Assembly: GCA_965262115.1 (NCBI GenBank)
Contig: OZ253496.1
Coordinates: 96,001-160,000 of the forward strand
DNA: 64,000 nucleotides
Reading direction: 5' to 3'
Source: Nitrospinales bacterium
Lineage (GTDB): Bacteria > Nitrospinota > Nitrospinia > Nitrospinales > VA-1
The notes under the pieces were generated by a model that was not told where the DNA came from, did no database searches, and worked only from the letters and a program-made list of their open reading frames with translations. Of the stretch, positions 40,862 through 52,216 are shown piece after piece (position 1 is the first letter of the stretch; each line of letters opens with the position of its first letter). The position numbers and the translations under genes were made by a program.

Positions 40862-41823
40862 TGAAAGGTAAATGGCTGACAGGAATCGCTTTGGGAATGT
40901 GTTTGAGTATTGCTTCCTGTTCCAATGGTTCGTCCCCTGATGCATTGGATGGCAGTGTTACCATCGTAATTATCAATAATGAAGAAGTTCCTCTGGATCG
41001 GTTCAAGATAGAATTTAAAGCTCATAAGAAGAAATTCTGGATTCAGGGGGCAGGAGAAATTACAGCGGAAGAATTAATCTGGCTCAAAAACAGGACCTTG
41101 GAACAAGTAGTACAAAATACCCTTTTCAGACAGGAAGCTAGAAAAAATAATATCGAAATCAGCCGGGAAGAGCTGGATGAGGCGCTATTGAAATCCGAGG
41201 TAGGATATCCTGAAGACTCATTTAGAAAGCGACTGGAGTTTGAAGGATTGTCCCGTAAAGAATGGGAAAATGCGATAGAAAACAATCTGTTGATAAATAA
41301 ATTGATTAACAATTTTGTCAATAGTAAAGTATCAGTGAGTGATGATGAAATGCTTGGTTATTTTGAGGCCAATGAAGCCAGGTTTCATAAAAGCGAGCAG
41401 GTGAGGGCTCTTCATATTATGGTGGAGACCGAGGAAGAGATCCGTGAAATTCAAAAAGAATTGCAGTCGAAGCAAAAAGATTTCCCTGGTCTGGCCAAAG
41501 AATATTCGCTGGGTCCGGAAGGAGCCCGGGGAGGGGATTTGGGTTATTTCGAGTCCGGTCAAATGCCTGAAGAATTTGATAATGTTTTTAAACTAAAAAT
41601 TAATGGCATTAGTGACATCATTCGCACTCCTTATGGTTTTCATTTGTTCAAAGTTGTAGACAAAATTGAAGATCGAAAAATGAGCTTTGATGAATCAAAA
41701 AAACAGATTGAACAAGTTTTGCTCCAGGGCCTTCAGGATAAGGCTTTCCAGAAATGGATGATCCAGTTAAAAGAAAGCTCAGTGATTGAGATCAACTATG
41801 ATTTCCTTGAAAAAATTAACTGA
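40861..41823 (+). CDS. PpiC/PrsA-type peptidyl-prolyl isomerase, probable lipoprotein
   Basis: Lipobox-like IASC, VRALHI, GGDLGYF, TPYGFH. Confidence 0.88.
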   Translation: MKGKWLTGIALGMCLSIASCSNGSSPDALDGSVTIVIINNEEVPLDRFKIEFKAHKKKFWIQGAGEITAEELIWLKNRTLEQVVQNTLFRQEARKNNIEISREELDEALLKSEVGYPEDSFRKRLEFEGLSRKEWENAIENNLLINKLINNFVNSKVSVSDDEMLGYFEANEARFHKSEQVRALHIMVETEEEIREIQKELQSKQKDFPGLAKEYSLGPEGARGGDLGYFESGQMPEEFDNVFKLKINGISDIIRTPYGFHLFKVVDKIEDRKMSFDESKKQIEQVLLQGLQDKAFQKWMIQLKESSVIEINYDFLEKIN

Positions 41824-43072
41824 AGCGGGTTTTGCCTTGGCTTTGGTGTTGGCGCTGGGTCTATTTCCAGCGCATGCCAAGGTGTTTGACAAGGTGGCCG
41901 CGAAAGTGAACACAGAGATCATTACCTTAAGCTCTATTGAAGAGCGGGCTGAAATTTTGCGGCAAAAGTATGCGCGGTCTTCTGTGACTGTTTCTGGGCA
42001 GGAACTGTTGAAAGAAGCGCTTAACATGATTATTAACGAAAGGCTTCAGCTTCAAGAGGGGGAAAAGCTTGGTTTTATCGTTGATGAAGATGCCATTGAT
42101 GCGGCAGTTAAGGATATTTCAGATAAAAATGGTCTTGTGGATGGGCAGTTGCAGGAAATGCTAGAGCGGGATGGGAGGACCCTGAGTTCCTATCGAGATC
42201 ATATTCGTGATCAGATATTGGTTTCAAAAATTACCCGGTTTGCAATTGGTAACCGGGTGAAAGTCAGTGATAAAAACGTTAGTCAGTATTATAAGGAACA
42301 CCAGAAGGATTTTTTGGAAGATGGGCAGGTGCGAGCCCGCCACATCCTTTTTATTGCTGAGCGCGGTTCTCACGAGACAAATAGAAAAGCGAAGTTACAG
42401 CAGGCAAAAAAAGTCCTCAGTGAAATTCGAAAAGGGGCTGACTTTGCCGAGCTTGCCACGAAATATTCGGAAGATGTTTCTGCCAGTGATGGAGGGGACG
42501 CGGGTTTTATTGTGAGAGGTAAAATGGTTCGCGAATTCGAAGAGGCGGTCTTCAGTTTAAAGCCGGGACAGATTAGTGGCGTTGTGGAAACGGAGTATGG
42601 CTACCATATCATCAAGGTCGAGGAGGTTTTGCCTGGTAAAACTTTAGCTTTAAAAGATGCTAAGGATCGTATTACTCAGATTCTTCGTATGCAAAAGCAA
42701 AAACAGGGTTATGACGATTGGATGGAAGAATTAAAAAAGTCAGCTTTTATTGAAGTGAATTTATTTGATGAGTCTGACCAAAATAAGAGCCTGGTTTCAA
42801 GAGGATCATATAAAAAGAAACCCGACAGTACAATGAAGGCAAAAAAGAAACTGAGTTCGGGGGCCGATTCCCGGCAGGAAATGTTGCAGAAAAAATGGGA
42901 GGAAATGTATAAGTCCGTTGAGAAGTTGAACGGCGGCTCCGGCAAATACGAAGATTCAGAGCTTGAATCCCTGGAGGAAAAACTCATACATATTAAAAAA
43001 TTGCGAGATCAAAACAAGATATCTGAAAAGGAATATCAAAAACGCAAAGAAAAAATTTTGAATCGTCTTTAA
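41798..43072 (+). CDS. SurA-like chaperone/PPIase
   Basis: DKVAAKVNTEIIT, VRARHIL, ETEYGYHII; charged C-terminal extension. Confidence 0.85.
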   Translation: MISLKKLTEAGFALALVLALGLFPAHAKVFDKVAAKVNTEIITLSSIEERAEILRQKYARSSVTVSGQELLKEALNMIINERLQLQEGEKLGFIVDEDAIDAAVKDISDKNGLVDGQLQEMLERDGRTLSSYRDHIRDQILVSKITRFAIGNRVKVSDKNVSQYYKEHQKDFLEDGQVRARHILFIAERGSHETNRKAKLQQAKKVLSEIRKGADFAELATKYSEDVSASDGGDAGFIVRGKMVREFEEAVFSLKPGQISGVVETEYGYHIIKVEEVLPGKTLALKDAKDRITQILRMQKQKQGYDDWMEELKKSAFIEVNLFDESDQNKSLVSRGSYKKKPDSTMKAKKKLSSGADSRQEMLQKKWEEMYKSVEKLNGGSGKYEDSELESLEEKLIHIKKLRDQNKISEKEYQKRKEKILNRL

Positions 43073-43260
43073 CTTCCCGGAACCGTTGTTAATTTTGGCT
43101 TGATTTTATTTTTCCACCTCTGCTTTCCTTTTAAGCTCTTTTCCTTTTTTGATTCTGTATTATTAAACGGAAATATCGTTCTATATATTAAGAACCTATC
43201 ATTGAGTATCTTTAAAAGCGGGAGTGAATGGGGAAGGTTTATCTGCTTCGAAAAAAATCC

Positions 43261-44664
43261 ATGCCAGAATTTTTAAAAAAAGTAAAGTCAGCAATTGTTG
43301 AATTGATTGCGCGGGACGACAAGGTTTTAGTGGCTGTTTCCGGCGGGGCCGATTCGCTGGCGTTGCTTTACCTTTTGCACCAGTTCTCCAAAGAACTTGG
43401 CTATGATTTATTTGTCGCACATTTAAACCATTTGACTCGAGGCGAGGAATCTGATGAGGATGCAAGGTTTGTTGAGAAGGAGGCGGGTAAGATTTCCCTT
43501 CCTGTTTTTGTCGGTAAGATAGATGTGGTCGTGGAAAAATCTATTCTGAAATCTTCTTTCCAGGAATCTGCCCGTATTTTAAGGTACCGGTTTTTGGAAA
43601 AAACCCTAATGTCTATTAAAGGGAACAAGATTGCCTTGGGGCACACTGCGGATGACTGCGTTGAAACAGTTTTGATGAACCTGTTGAGGGGGACAGGATT
43701 AAGAGGGCTCGCAGGGATACCGGAAACGAGGGGGCATGTGATACGACCTCTTTTGCACTGTACCCGATCTGAATTAGAGCAGTTTTTAAATGATCGGAAC
43801 ATGGCTTATCGTACGGATTCCTCGAATAACGAAAAAAAATATCTGAGAAATAAAATCCGCCACGAAGTAATTCCTTTTTTAAGGACATTCAATAAGAATA
43901 TTTCTGGGAACCTGTTGAGTCTGGCAGAAATCGCTCGGGGAGAAGAGCAATGGATGTCAGAAAAAACCCGTGAACTCTATTCACAACTTGTGAAAACCGA
44001 GAACGGGGGCCTATGCTTTGAGGTGACCGAATTTGAGAAGCAACCTCAGGCAATGAAAAGGCGGTTGATTCGCGAAACTTTTTATCGACTTACGGGAAGT
44101 TTGCGTGAAATTACAGCTTTGCATGTCTGGCAGGTTCTCGAACTTTTTGCCCGTGCCAGAGTGGGGAGTGGATTAAGACTTCCCGGAAATGTGCGGGTGG
44201 TCTGTGGGTATGGAACGGTGAGCTTTTCTTTGTCCAAAGATTCGAAAGATGATGGCCTTCCTGAAATTGACAGAAAGACGATAAGGTTAGAAGTTCCGGG
44301 TGTGACGAGTTTAGCCCAGTTAGGAATTCAACTGAATGTGCGGCTTGTTGAACCATCTGCAGATTTGCCGCAACCGGTCGATAAAAAACAGGCCTATTTC
44401 GATTTCGATAAGACCGGCGAAGACATTCGGGTTCGGTTTTTCCAGCCGGGCGATCGTTTTATGCCCTTGGGCATGCGGGGACATAAAAAAGTGAAGTCCT
44501 ATTTTATTGACCAAAAGATTCCCCGTGAAAAAAGACTTTCCATCCCCATATTGACAAATGGCAAAGACGATATCATCTGGATGTATGGAGAACGGATCTC
44601 TGAACAATTCTGTGTTGCTGAAAATACGAAAAAGGTGCTTTTTATAGAAGGAAAAGGGCTTTAA
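43261..44664 (+). CDS. tilS: tRNA(Ile)-lysidine synthetase
   Basis: SGGADS PP-loop, HLNH, ARILRY, GHTADD, RNKIRH. Confidence 0.96.
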   Translation: MPEFLKKVKSAIVELIARDDKVLVAVSGGADSLALLYLLHQFSKELGYDLFVAHLNHLTRGEESDEDARFVEKEAGKISLPVFVGKIDVVVEKSILKSSFQESARILRYRFLEKTLMSIKGNKIALGHTADDCVETVLMNLLRGTGLRGLAGIPETRGHVIRPLLHCTRSELEQFLNDRNMAYRTDSSNNEKKYLRNKIRHEVIPFLRTFNKNISGNLLSLAEIARGEEQWMSEKTRELYSQLVKTENGGLCFEVTEFEKQPQAMKRRLIRETFYRLTGSLREITALHVWQVLELFARARVGSGLRLPGNVRVVCGYGTVSFSLSKDSKDDGLPEIDRKTIRLEVPGVTSLAQLGIQLNVRLVEPSADLPQPVDKKQAYFDFDKTGEDIRVRFFQPGDRFMPLGMRGHKKVKSYFIDQKIPREKRLSIPILTNGKDDIIWMYGERISEQFCVAENTKKVLFIEGKGL

Positions 44665-44757
44665 AATGTTGATATTTAAGAAGGCGGCAAAGAGTATTTT
44701 TGTGGTAAGCTTATGGAGACCCACTGTTGGCGAGAATAACTCTGTGAGGAGATAATT

Positions 44758-46686
44758 TTGAATCAATTTTATAAAAACTTAGCACTCTGGTTAGTGATCG
44801 GCATTGTTCTGATTGCTTTATTCAATATATTCAATCAGCCTATAACCCCGCAGTCGGAAGTGGTTTTCAGTGATTTTATGGACCAGGTTGAGCAGGGGCA
44901 AGTCACTGAAGTAATGATTAGTGGTGATAGCATTAGCGGTAAGTATATGGATGGCAAGTCTTTCCAGACCACCGCTCCGCCAAAAGATCCAGATCTCGTC
45001 AAATCGCTCAGGGAGAAAAGTGTTCGTATTGTCGTGGTGCCTCCTGAACAAACAAGCTGGTATATGAGCATTCTTATTTCCTGGTTTCCCATGATTTTAT
45101 TATTGGGAATCTGGATATTTTTCATGCGCCAGATGCAGGCTGGCGGAGGTAAAGCTATGTCATTTGGAAAAAGCCGTGCCCGACTTTTAAATGACACGAA
45201 AAATAAAACCACCTTTAAGGATGTGGCGGGTGTTGATGAGGCAAAAGAAGAGCTTCATGAAATTATTGAGTTTTTAAAGGAGCCCCAGAAGTTCAGCAAG
45301 TTGGGAGGCAAAATTCCTAAAGGGGTATTGCTTGTTGGCCCTCCTGGTACCGGGAAAACTCTTTTGGCTCGGGCCATTTCCGGCGAAGCGAGCGTCCCAT
45401 TTTTCAGCATCAGTGGTTCTGACTTTGTTGAAATGTTTGTCGGGGTTGGCGCGTCACGGGTTCGTGACCTGTTCGAACAAGGCAAAAAGAACAGCCCGTG
45501 TTTGATTTTTATTGATGAAATTGATGCTGTGGGTCGGCATCGTGGTGCCGGTCTAGGCGGCGGCCATGATGAGCGGGAACAGACTCTCAACCAGCTTCTG
45601 GTCGAAATGGATGGTTTCGAAAACAATGAGGGAGTCATCCTCATCGCAGCGACCAACCGTCCTGATGTTCTGGACCCGGCTTTGTTGAGGCCGGGACGAT
45701 TTGATCGGCAGGTCGTGGTCAGTCGTCCTGATATCAAAGGCCGGGACGGAATTTTGAAAGTTCATACCTCTACGGTTCCGCTTGCTGATGAAGTGGACTT
45801 GAAAATCATTGCCAGGGGAACCCCCGGATTTACCGGTGCGGATCTGGCTAACCTCGTTAATGAGGCGGCCTTGTTAGCCGCTCGGAACGATAAGAAAGCC
45901 GTAGATATGGATGACTTTGAGCAAGCCAAAGACAAAGTCCTGATGGGAGTGGAGCGTCGGAGTATGGTTATTTCTGAGAAAGTGAAAAAAACCACAGCCT
46001 ATCATGAAGCGGGGCATGCCCTGGTAGCCTCCCTTTTGCCCGATGCGGATCCTCTCCATAAAGTTACGATCATTCCGAGAGGAAGAGCCTTGGGAGTGAC
46101 CATGCAGTTGCCGATAGATGAGCAGCATACATATCGAAAAAAATACCTCTATAATAGCCTTGCTATCCTGATGGGTGGAAGGTGTGCAGAAGAAATTTGC
46201 CTTGGTGAAATTACCACCGGTGCGGGTAACGATATTGAACGAGCCACAGAAATGGCCCGGAAAATGGTCTGCGAATGGGGGATGAGCGAAAAAATGGGCC
46301 CACTTACTTATGGCTCCAAGGAGGAGCAGGTATTTTTAGGCAAGGACTTTTCATCCCAGAAAAATTTCAGCGACCAAACGGCTAAGTTGATAGATCAGGA
46401 AGTCAAGACGCTGGTTATGGGAGGATATAATTGCGCTACTGAATTACTGAAACAGAACCGCGATATCCTCGAAAACCTGGCTCAGGCTCTGCTGGAAAGA
46501 GAAACCCTGAATGCGGTTGAGGTTAAAAATATTATTGCAGGAAAAAGTGATATTGACCCCGATCCTTCCGGCGTGGAACCACAAGAAATAGAGCCTGAGG
46601 TTCCTGCTGAAAATCCGAAAACTAAAACAGACTCTGAAGAAGAAGGACTCCTGGGCGGCGGCATGCCTGATCCTACGCCTGCCTGA
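44758..46686 (+). CDS. ftsH: ATP-dependent zinc metalloprotease FtsH
   Basis: Two TMs, [20 protein letters not shown]. Confidence 0.98.
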   Translation: MNQFYKNLALWLVIGIVLIALFNIFNQPITPQSEVVFSDFMDQVEQGQVTEVMISGDSISGKYMDGKSFQTTAPPKDPDLVKSLREKSVRIVVVPPEQTSWYMSILISWFPMILLLGIWIFFMRQMQAGGGKAMSFGKSRARLLNDTKNKTTFKDVAGVDEAKEELHEIIEFLKEPQKFSKLGGKIPKGVLLVGPPGTGKTLLARAISGEASVPFFSISGSDFVEMFVGVGASRVRDLFEQGKKNSPCLIFIDEIDAVGRHRGAGLGGGHDEREQTLNQLLVEMDGFENNEGVILIAATNRPDVLDPALLRPGRFDRQVVVSRPDIKGRDGILKVHTSTVPLADEVDLKIIARGTPGFTGADLANLVNEAALLAARNDKKAVDMDDFEQAKDKVLMGVERRSMVISEKVKKTTAYHEAGHALVASLLPDADPLHKVTIIPRGRALGVTMQLPIDEQHTYRKKYLYNSLAILMGGRCAEEICLGEITTGAGNDIERATEMARKMVCEWGMSEKMGPLTYGSKEEQVFLGKDFSSQKNFSDQTAKLIDQEVKTLVMGGYNCATELLKQNRDILENLAQALLERETLNAVEVKNIIAGKSDIDPDPSGVEPQEIEPEVPAENPKTKTDSEEEGLLGGGMPDPTPA

Positions 46687-46718
46687 TCATTGCTTTAAAT
46701 AATAATTTGTTTCCAACC

Positions 46719-46762
46719 AACTCCACATTTTATCCGGCTTGATGCCGGAATGTGGAGTTTTT
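46719..46762 (+). terminator. Probable terminator after ftsH
   Basis: aactccacatt...aatgtggagttttt. Confidence 0.65.
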
Positions 46763-46827
46763 GGTTTCTTCTCCTTTGCGCCCCGGAGAGGTATAAAGAG
46801 CCCCGCCTAGTGGGGAGGAACTTCGCT

Positions 46828-47658
46828 ATGATTCCATTCAAGTTTCCTAATCAGGGTGAAGCAGCGTCAGTGATGGGTATTATTAACCTGTCACCCGATT
46901 CATTCTACGGCGAGAGTCGGTGCGAAACCATTGAACAGGCGCTCCGCGTCGCAGAAAAAATAATTGCCGAAGGCGCAGACTTTTTGGATATTGGCGCAGA
47001 AAGCTCGCGACCGGGCTCTGTTCCTATTTCAGAGCAGGAAGAGTTAGACCGTTTGCTTCCTGTGTTGATGAAGCTTGTGGGGATCGTTAATGTTCCGATT
47101 TCGGTAGATACCTATAAACCGGTGGTTGCCCATGAAGTGCTGCAAGCTGGTGCCAGTATCATCAATGATATAACGGGCCTGCAACGGTCTGAGGAAATGG
47201 CTCAAACGATTTCCCGGTTTCATGCGGGAGTGATTTTGATGCATATGCAGGGGTTGCCGACAACCATGCAGGAGAATCCACAATATGCGGATGTGTTGAC
47301 GGAAGTTTCAGAGTATTTACAGCAGAGTATAGCCATTGCTGTTTCCGCCGGAATTGATCCGCAAAAAATCGCCATAGATCCTGGCATAGGATTTGGTAAA
47401 ACAGACTCTCATAATCTTCTAATATTGAAAAATCTAAAGCGGTTAAATGAATTGGGTAAGCCAGTACTTTTGGGGGTTTCAAGAAAGTCCCTGATAGGAA
47501 ATATTTTAAATTTGCCCGTTGAAGAAAGACTGGAAGGTTCACTCTCTGCAACCGTATTCGCGTTGACACAGGGAGCGTCCATAATTCGCACTCATGATGT
47601 TCAGGCCACCCGCCGGGCAGTAAAAGTCGCTGAAGCAATTATGAGGGAAGAAGGATGA
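46828..47658 (+). CDS. folP: Dihydropteroate synthase
   Basis: MGIINLSPDSF, ESSRPG, DPGIGFGK, SRKS, RTHDV. Confidence 0.96.
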   Translation: MIPFKFPNQGEAASVMGIINLSPDSFYGESRCETIEQALRVAEKIIAEGADFLDIGAESSRPGSVPISEQEELDRLLPVLMKLVGIVNVPISVDTYKPVVAHEVLQAGASIINDITGLQRSEEMAQTISRFHAGVILMHMQGLPTTMQENPQYADVLTEVSEYLQQSIAIAVSAGIDPQKIAIDPGIGFGKTDSHNLLILKNLKRLNELGKPVLLGVSRKSLIGNILNLPVEERLEGSLSATVFALTQGASIIRTHDVQATRRAVKVAEAIMREEG

Positions 47659-48389
47659 TCCGTTTATTTGTAAATGTGGACCATGTTGCCACCATCCGTG
47701 AAGCCAGAAGGACCATTGAGCCGAGTCCACTCAAAGCGGCCCTGTTGGCAGAAAAGGCCGGAGCTCAGGGAATCACTATCCATTTGCGGGAAGACCGCCG
47801 ACATATTCAGGATGACGATGTGCGAATCATTCGAAAAGGGATTAGCACCCCATTGAACCTGGAAATGGCTCCCACCCAGGAGATGGTTAAACTGGCTTTG
47901 GAGATTCAGCCCTATCAGGTTTCTCTTGTCCCGGAAAAACGTCAAGAAATCACAACGGAGGGAGGTCTTGATGTGTGCTCCCAGGAACAGGTGTTGTCAG
48001 AAATCAGGGAAAAGATGCATGATAGAGGGGTTTTGTTCAGTCTGTTCATTGACCCTGATGCAAAGCAGGTGGACGCTTCAAAAAGAATAAAGGCGGATAG
48101 TATAGAAATTAATACTGGTAAATACACGGAACTTGGATCGGCTGAAGAAATTGAAGCGGAACTGGAACGGATACGGAAAAGTGCTAAAAGGGCCGACGAA
48201 AAGGGGTTGAAAGTTTTTGCCGGGCATGGTTTGAATTACGAGAATGTAAAGGCCATTGCTGCGATCCCCGAAATTGAGGAACTTAATATTGGCCACTTCA
48301 TAGTCGGGCAGGCGGTTTATGGGGGCATGGAAAATGCCGTGACTGAAATGATTCGCTCCATTGAAACGGGTAGGGGGCAGCAAAGTTGA
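47655..48389 (+). CDS. pdxJ: Pyridoxine 5'-phosphate synthase
   Basis: VNVDHVATIREAR, HLREDRRHI, TTEGGLD, AGHGL, ELNIGH. Confidence 0.97.
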   Translation: MIRLFVNVDHVATIREARRTIEPSPLKAALLAEKAGAQGITIHLREDRRHIQDDDVRIIRKGISTPLNLEMAPTQEMVKLALEIQPYQVSLVPEKRQEITTEGGLDVCSQEQVLSEIREKMHDRGVLFSLFIDPDAKQVDASKRIKADSIEINTGKYTELGSAEEIEAELERIRKSAKRADEKGLKVFAGHGLNYENVKAIAAIPEIEELNIGHFIVGQAVYGGMENAVTEMIRSIETGRGQQS

Positions 48390-48492
48390 ATTGAATTTTA
48401 TATAGAACTCTTTCAACCTGGGGCAACTGCAAACTGAGGAAAATTCTATTAAGGCCCGATACGAAGAACTTTTAAGCGGATCTGCGGAAACC

Positions 48493-48939
48493 ATGCTTAT
48501 CGATGAGGGTAAAAATGATGATCTAGATTCTGCGGATTCCAGGGAATACCTGATACAGCGGCGGAGAAATTATCTGGAAAGTCTGGACCAAAGTTTTAAG
48601 CGTCTGGATGGAGAATTGTTTTCTATTGAAAAACTTCGCTCTGAACTGGCAAGAGCTCGCGGTGAAATTCTCGTTAAAAAAGATGCAGCCCAGAAGCAAA
48701 TGAAAACTCTGGAAGAGAATGGCGTCCGGCATTTGGAGGATGTTAAGCGAATAGAAATGGAACTCGAATCATCGGTGGATGAAGAGAGGCTTTTGATCAA
48801 TGAGTTTAAGCGTTTGGTGAATGGCGCTGAGAGAACTTTAGAAATCAGTGATGAAATAGACCATATTTTATTCACCTATCTCACCGCAGCCGAATCGAAG
48901 GAAAGATCCCCAAGAAATCCAGTCCCCACGGCAGATTAA
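48493..48939 (+). CDS. Hypothetical coiled-coil protein
   Basis: Charged, heptad-like ORF; true start uncertain. Confidence 0.55.
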   Translation: MLIDEGKNDDLDSADSREYLIQRRRNYLESLDQSFKRLDGELFSIEKLRSELARARGEILVKKDAAQKQMKTLEENGVRHLEDVKRIEMELESSVDEERLLINEFKRLVNGAERTLEISDEIDHILFTYLTAAESKERSPRNPVPTAD

Positions 48940-49114
48940 CAACTCCCTGTTTCTGATTTTAAGATTGCCCACAGGTTTGTATTGACTTGAATTTGTAAAT
49001 TTTGCATACTCCCCCTAGTTTCAGAGTAATTGAGTTTTCCTGTTGTTTTGCTACCCTCGACTAGTTTAACTCACACATTTTCAATAAGATTTCTTGAAAG
49101 GCTGTTTAATAAAA

Positions 49115-50119
49115 ATGACAACGAAGGTCGGAATTAATGGGTTTGGGCGCATAGGCAGAGCCGTATTGAAATGCATATTGAATGATCCAGAGTGCTCGGG
49201 TTTTGAAATTGTAGCCATCAATGATTTGACGGATTCCGCTACGTTGGCGCACCTTTTTAAATATGATTCTGTCCAGGGGGTTAGCCCTCAGGAAGTGCAA
49301 TCTGATTCCGAAGGATTGATCATAAACGGGAAGCGTATAAAAATTATCGCTGAACGCGATCCCGGCAATCTTCCATGGAAACAATTAGGGGTGGATATTG
49401 TTATTGAGTCGACAGGATTATTCACCAAACGTGAGGCGGCCAACAAGCATATTGTTGCAGGCGCAAAAAAAGTTATAATCTCAGCACCGGCAAAAGATCC
49501 TGATGTGACCATCGTGTTGGGCGTGAATGAGGGGGCTTATGCTCCTGCTGGTCATCAGATTGTTTCCAATGCTTCCTGCACCACAAACTGCCTGGCTCCC
49601 GTTGCCAAAGTGCTGCATGAAAGTTTTGGTATTAAAAAAGGGTTGATGACAACCATCCATTCGTACACGAATGACCAGAAAATTCTGGATTTGCCTCACT
49701 CAGACCTGAGACGGGCGAGGGCGGCGAACCTCTCGATGATTCCGACTACCACTGGTGCCGCAAAAGCGGTTGAATTGGTATTGCCGGAAATTAAGGGCAA
49801 GCTGGATGGCATGGCGATTCGTGTTCCGACCCCTAATGTGTCTCTGATTGACCTGGTGGTTGAGGTCGAAAAAAATACCAGTACCGAGGAGGTTAATCAG
49901 GCCTTTAAGGAAGCGTCTCAGGGATTTTTGAGTAAAATTATGCGGTTTGAAGAAAAACCCCTGGTGTCTATCGATTTTAATGGCGATTCCTGCTCTGCAA
50001 TCATTGACGGAATTTCCACCAAAGTCATTGAAGGTAATATGGTGAAGGTTTTAGCGTGGTATGACAATGAGTGGGGCTACTCCAACAGGGTTAAAGATCT
50101 TTTGAAGTTTATAGGCTGA
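49115..50119 (+). CDS. gap: Glyceraldehyde-3-phosphate dehydrogenase, type I
   Basis: [28 protein letters not shown]. Confidence 0.98.
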   Translation: MTTKVGINGFGRIGRAVLKCILNDPECSGFEIVAINDLTDSATLAHLFKYDSVQGVSPQEVQSDSEGLIINGKRIKIIAERDPGNLPWKQLGVDIVIESTGLFTKREAANKHIVAGAKKVIISAPAKDPDVTIVLGVNEGAYAPAGHQIVSNASCTTNCLAPVAKVLHESFGIKKGLMTTIHSYTNDQKILDLPHSDLRRARAANLSMIPTTTGAAKAVELVLPEIKGKLDGMAIRVPTPNVSLIDLVVEVEKNTSTEEVNQAFKEASQGFLSKIMRFEEKPLVSIDFNGDSCSAIIDGISTKVIEGNMVKVLAWYDNEWGYSNRVKDLLKFIG

Positions 50120-50168
50120 TACATCTCGATCTCCGGCTCATTTTTATATTTCCCGTCAGGATAAAAGT

Positions 50169-50930
50169 GTGACAATCCCCCTTATCATCGGCAATTGGAA
50201 AATGAATATGCTGGCCTCCGAGGCCTGTGACATGGCTCGATCTCTCGTGGACAGATTGTCAGTCGCCGAGGGAGTGGAGGTGGTCGTAGCCCCCTCCTTC
50301 ACATCGTTATATCCAGTTAGCCAGATTGCAAAAGACTCGAGACTGGGCCTGGCAGGACAAAATTTTTACTCTGAAAAGAAGGGTGCCTATACCGGAGAAG
50401 TCTCTATTGAAATGTTAAAGGATGTGGGATGTGCTTATGCGTTGATAGGGCATTCAGAAAGGCGCCAGTTGTTCGGCGAAACGGATGAAGAGGTTAACAA
50501 AAAGGTCCACCTTGCTATGCAGATGGGGGTCACCGCCGTGGTTTGCGTCGGAGAGACTCAGGATCAGAGAAAGGCGGGGGAAACTCTTAATGTTATCGAA
50601 ACTCAATTGTCAGGGGGCCTGGCTGGTTTGTCTGGTGAGAGCATAGCCCATCTGGCAATTGCTTATGAACCGGTTTGGGCTATTGGAACGGGGAGCAATG
50701 CCACTCCTGATCAGGCAGTTGATATCCATAAATTTATCAGAAATTTTTTGTTTGAGAACCAGGGTTTCTCTGAGGAGATTGGTGCGAGAATCCTTTACGG
50801 TGGGAGTGTGACTCCCGGAAATTGTAAAGAACTATTGGGCGAAGAAGAAATAGATGGGGCGCTGGTTGGCGGGGCGAGCCTGAATTTTAAGTCATTTTGT
50901 GCTATTATCAAATCCTCCCTTGAATCGTGA
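50169..50930 (+). CDS. tpiA: Triosephosphate isomerase
   Basis: GNWKM, GHSERR, AYEPVWAIGTG, LVGGASL. Confidence 0.98.
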   Translation: MTIPLIIGNWKMNMLASEACDMARSLVDRLSVAEGVEVVVAPSFTSLYPVSQIAKDSRLGLAGQNFYSEKKGAYTGEVSIEMLKDVGCAYALIGHSERRQLFGETDEEVNKKVHLAMQMGVTAVVCVGETQDQRKAGETLNVIETQLSGGLAGLSGESIAHLAIAYEPVWAIGTGSNATPDQAVDIHKFIRNFLFENQGFSEEIGARILYGGSVTPGNCKELLGEEEIDGALVGGASLNFKSFCAIIKSSLES

Positions 50931-50999
50931 CAGATTTTTCGTCATAATCAAAAATTCTGAATTGATAATCTGTAACGAATTAGTAATTTTAAAATATCA

Positions 51000-51320
51000 A
51001 TGAATACAATAATAACAGTGTTGCATGTGCTTGCGGCTTTTTGTTTGATCCTCACCGTTCTTTTACAGGTGGGCAAGGGCGCCGCAATGGGCTCGGGGCT
51101 TGGTGGGGGTAGTAGCCAAACCATGTTTGGCAGTAGTGGGGCTGGAAATTTTCTTACCAAATTGACAACGGGAATCGCTATTTTGTTTATGGTCACCTCT
51201 CTGACCTTGGCGACCTTTTCTAACAAGAAAAAATCAAACTCTGTAATCCAGGGTATTGAAGCACCTCTTCCTGATAAAGCCACAGAGTCTAGGGACTCAT
51301 CTGATAATTCTTCGAACTAA
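51000..51320 (+). CDS. secG: Preprotein translocase subunit SecG
   Basis: VLLQ.GKG...[11 protein letters not shown]; tpiA-secG-tRNA-Leu synteny. Confidence 0.95.
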   Translation: MNTIITVLHVLAAFCLILTVLLQVGKGAAMGSGLGGGSSQTMFGSSGAGNFLTKLTTGIAILFMVTSLTLATFSNKKKSNSVIQGIEAPLPDKATESRDSSDNSSN

Positions 51321-51331
51321 AACCTCAGGGT

Positions 51332-51416
51332 GCCGATGTGGTGGAACTGGTAGACACGTGCGCTTGAGGGGCGTATGGAGCAATCCGTGGGAGTTCGACT
51401 CTCCCCATCGGCACCA
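51332..51416 (+). tRNA. tRNA-Leu(GAG)
   Basis: GCCGATG/CATCGGC acceptor stem, anticodon GAG at 51366-51368, long variable arm, GTTCGA, encoded CCA. Confidence 0.95.
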
Positions 51417-51462
51417 ATTTTAATTTACCAAGTGCCATGATTTTTTCAAATGATCATTCGTT

Positions 51463-51720
51463 GTGATTATTAAAAAAAGCCTAAAAAATCCATCGTTCCA
51501 AAACCGGATAAATACAAAAATGGCCAGCCAGTTAGCAGAAAAAATCTGCCGAGAGGTTGAAAGAGATTATTTTGTCGATGGTGATAAAAAGCTGCAAGCC
51601 ACGATCAGTATAGGGGGAGCCATTGTCGGCAAGGATGATACGGAATTGAGCTTGTTTGAAAGGGCCGCCATGTATAGAGCCAAAAATAATGGGCGAAACC
51701 AGGTTGTGATGGATTTGTAA
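51463..51720 (+). pseudogene. C-terminal remnant of a GGDEF diguanylate cyclase
   Basis: AEKI...TISIGGA...AMYRAKNNGRNQV, but no GGDEF motif or N-terminal half. Confidence 0.75.
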
Positions 51721-51769
51721 AGTTTTACCCTATTTGTTAGATCTGTTTTTTTGTTGTTCCTCATATTGA

Positions 51770-52126
51770 ATGCCTCCCACCACCTTAGAAGATTTATTCT
51801 CTTCACCCGGCTTCCTGGCCATATTTTTTGCGTTACTTTTAACCATCGCCAATATTACTGTTGGGGTCAGTATGCTTCCCAGCGACAAGCGGGAAAAGAG
51901 ATTCCGCATTCATCGCCTGCTTTTTGGGGCAGTGATTACAAGTTATGCTTTGTTTTTATTCCATCTTTACCAAATTGAGCGAGAGTCTGTTTTTGCCTAT
52001 ATTGTTTTTGGCTACCTCCTTCTAGTTGTTCCATTCACGCGAAGGCTCAACGTGACATTGCATGCTGTTATTGCCTCCATAGGCTTGGTCCTTATTTCCG
52101 TTGTTGCGGTGATTAACTTGATATAG
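51770..52126 (+). CDS. Small four-TM membrane protein
   Basis: Four hydrophobic segments, two His residues. Confidence 0.7.
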   Translation: MPPTTLEDLFSSPGFLAIFFALLLTIANITVGVSMLPSDKREKRFRIHRLLFGAVITSYALFLFHLYQIERESVFAYIVFGYLLLVVPFTRRLNVTLHAVIASIGLVLISVVAVINLI

Positions 52127-52216
52127 TTAAACCCGGGTGGTGTAAACTTATTGTTATGGACTTTGCGAGTGAAAGATATTTAATAATTTTTCTTCATTTT
52201 TGGTGGGTCTGATTAT

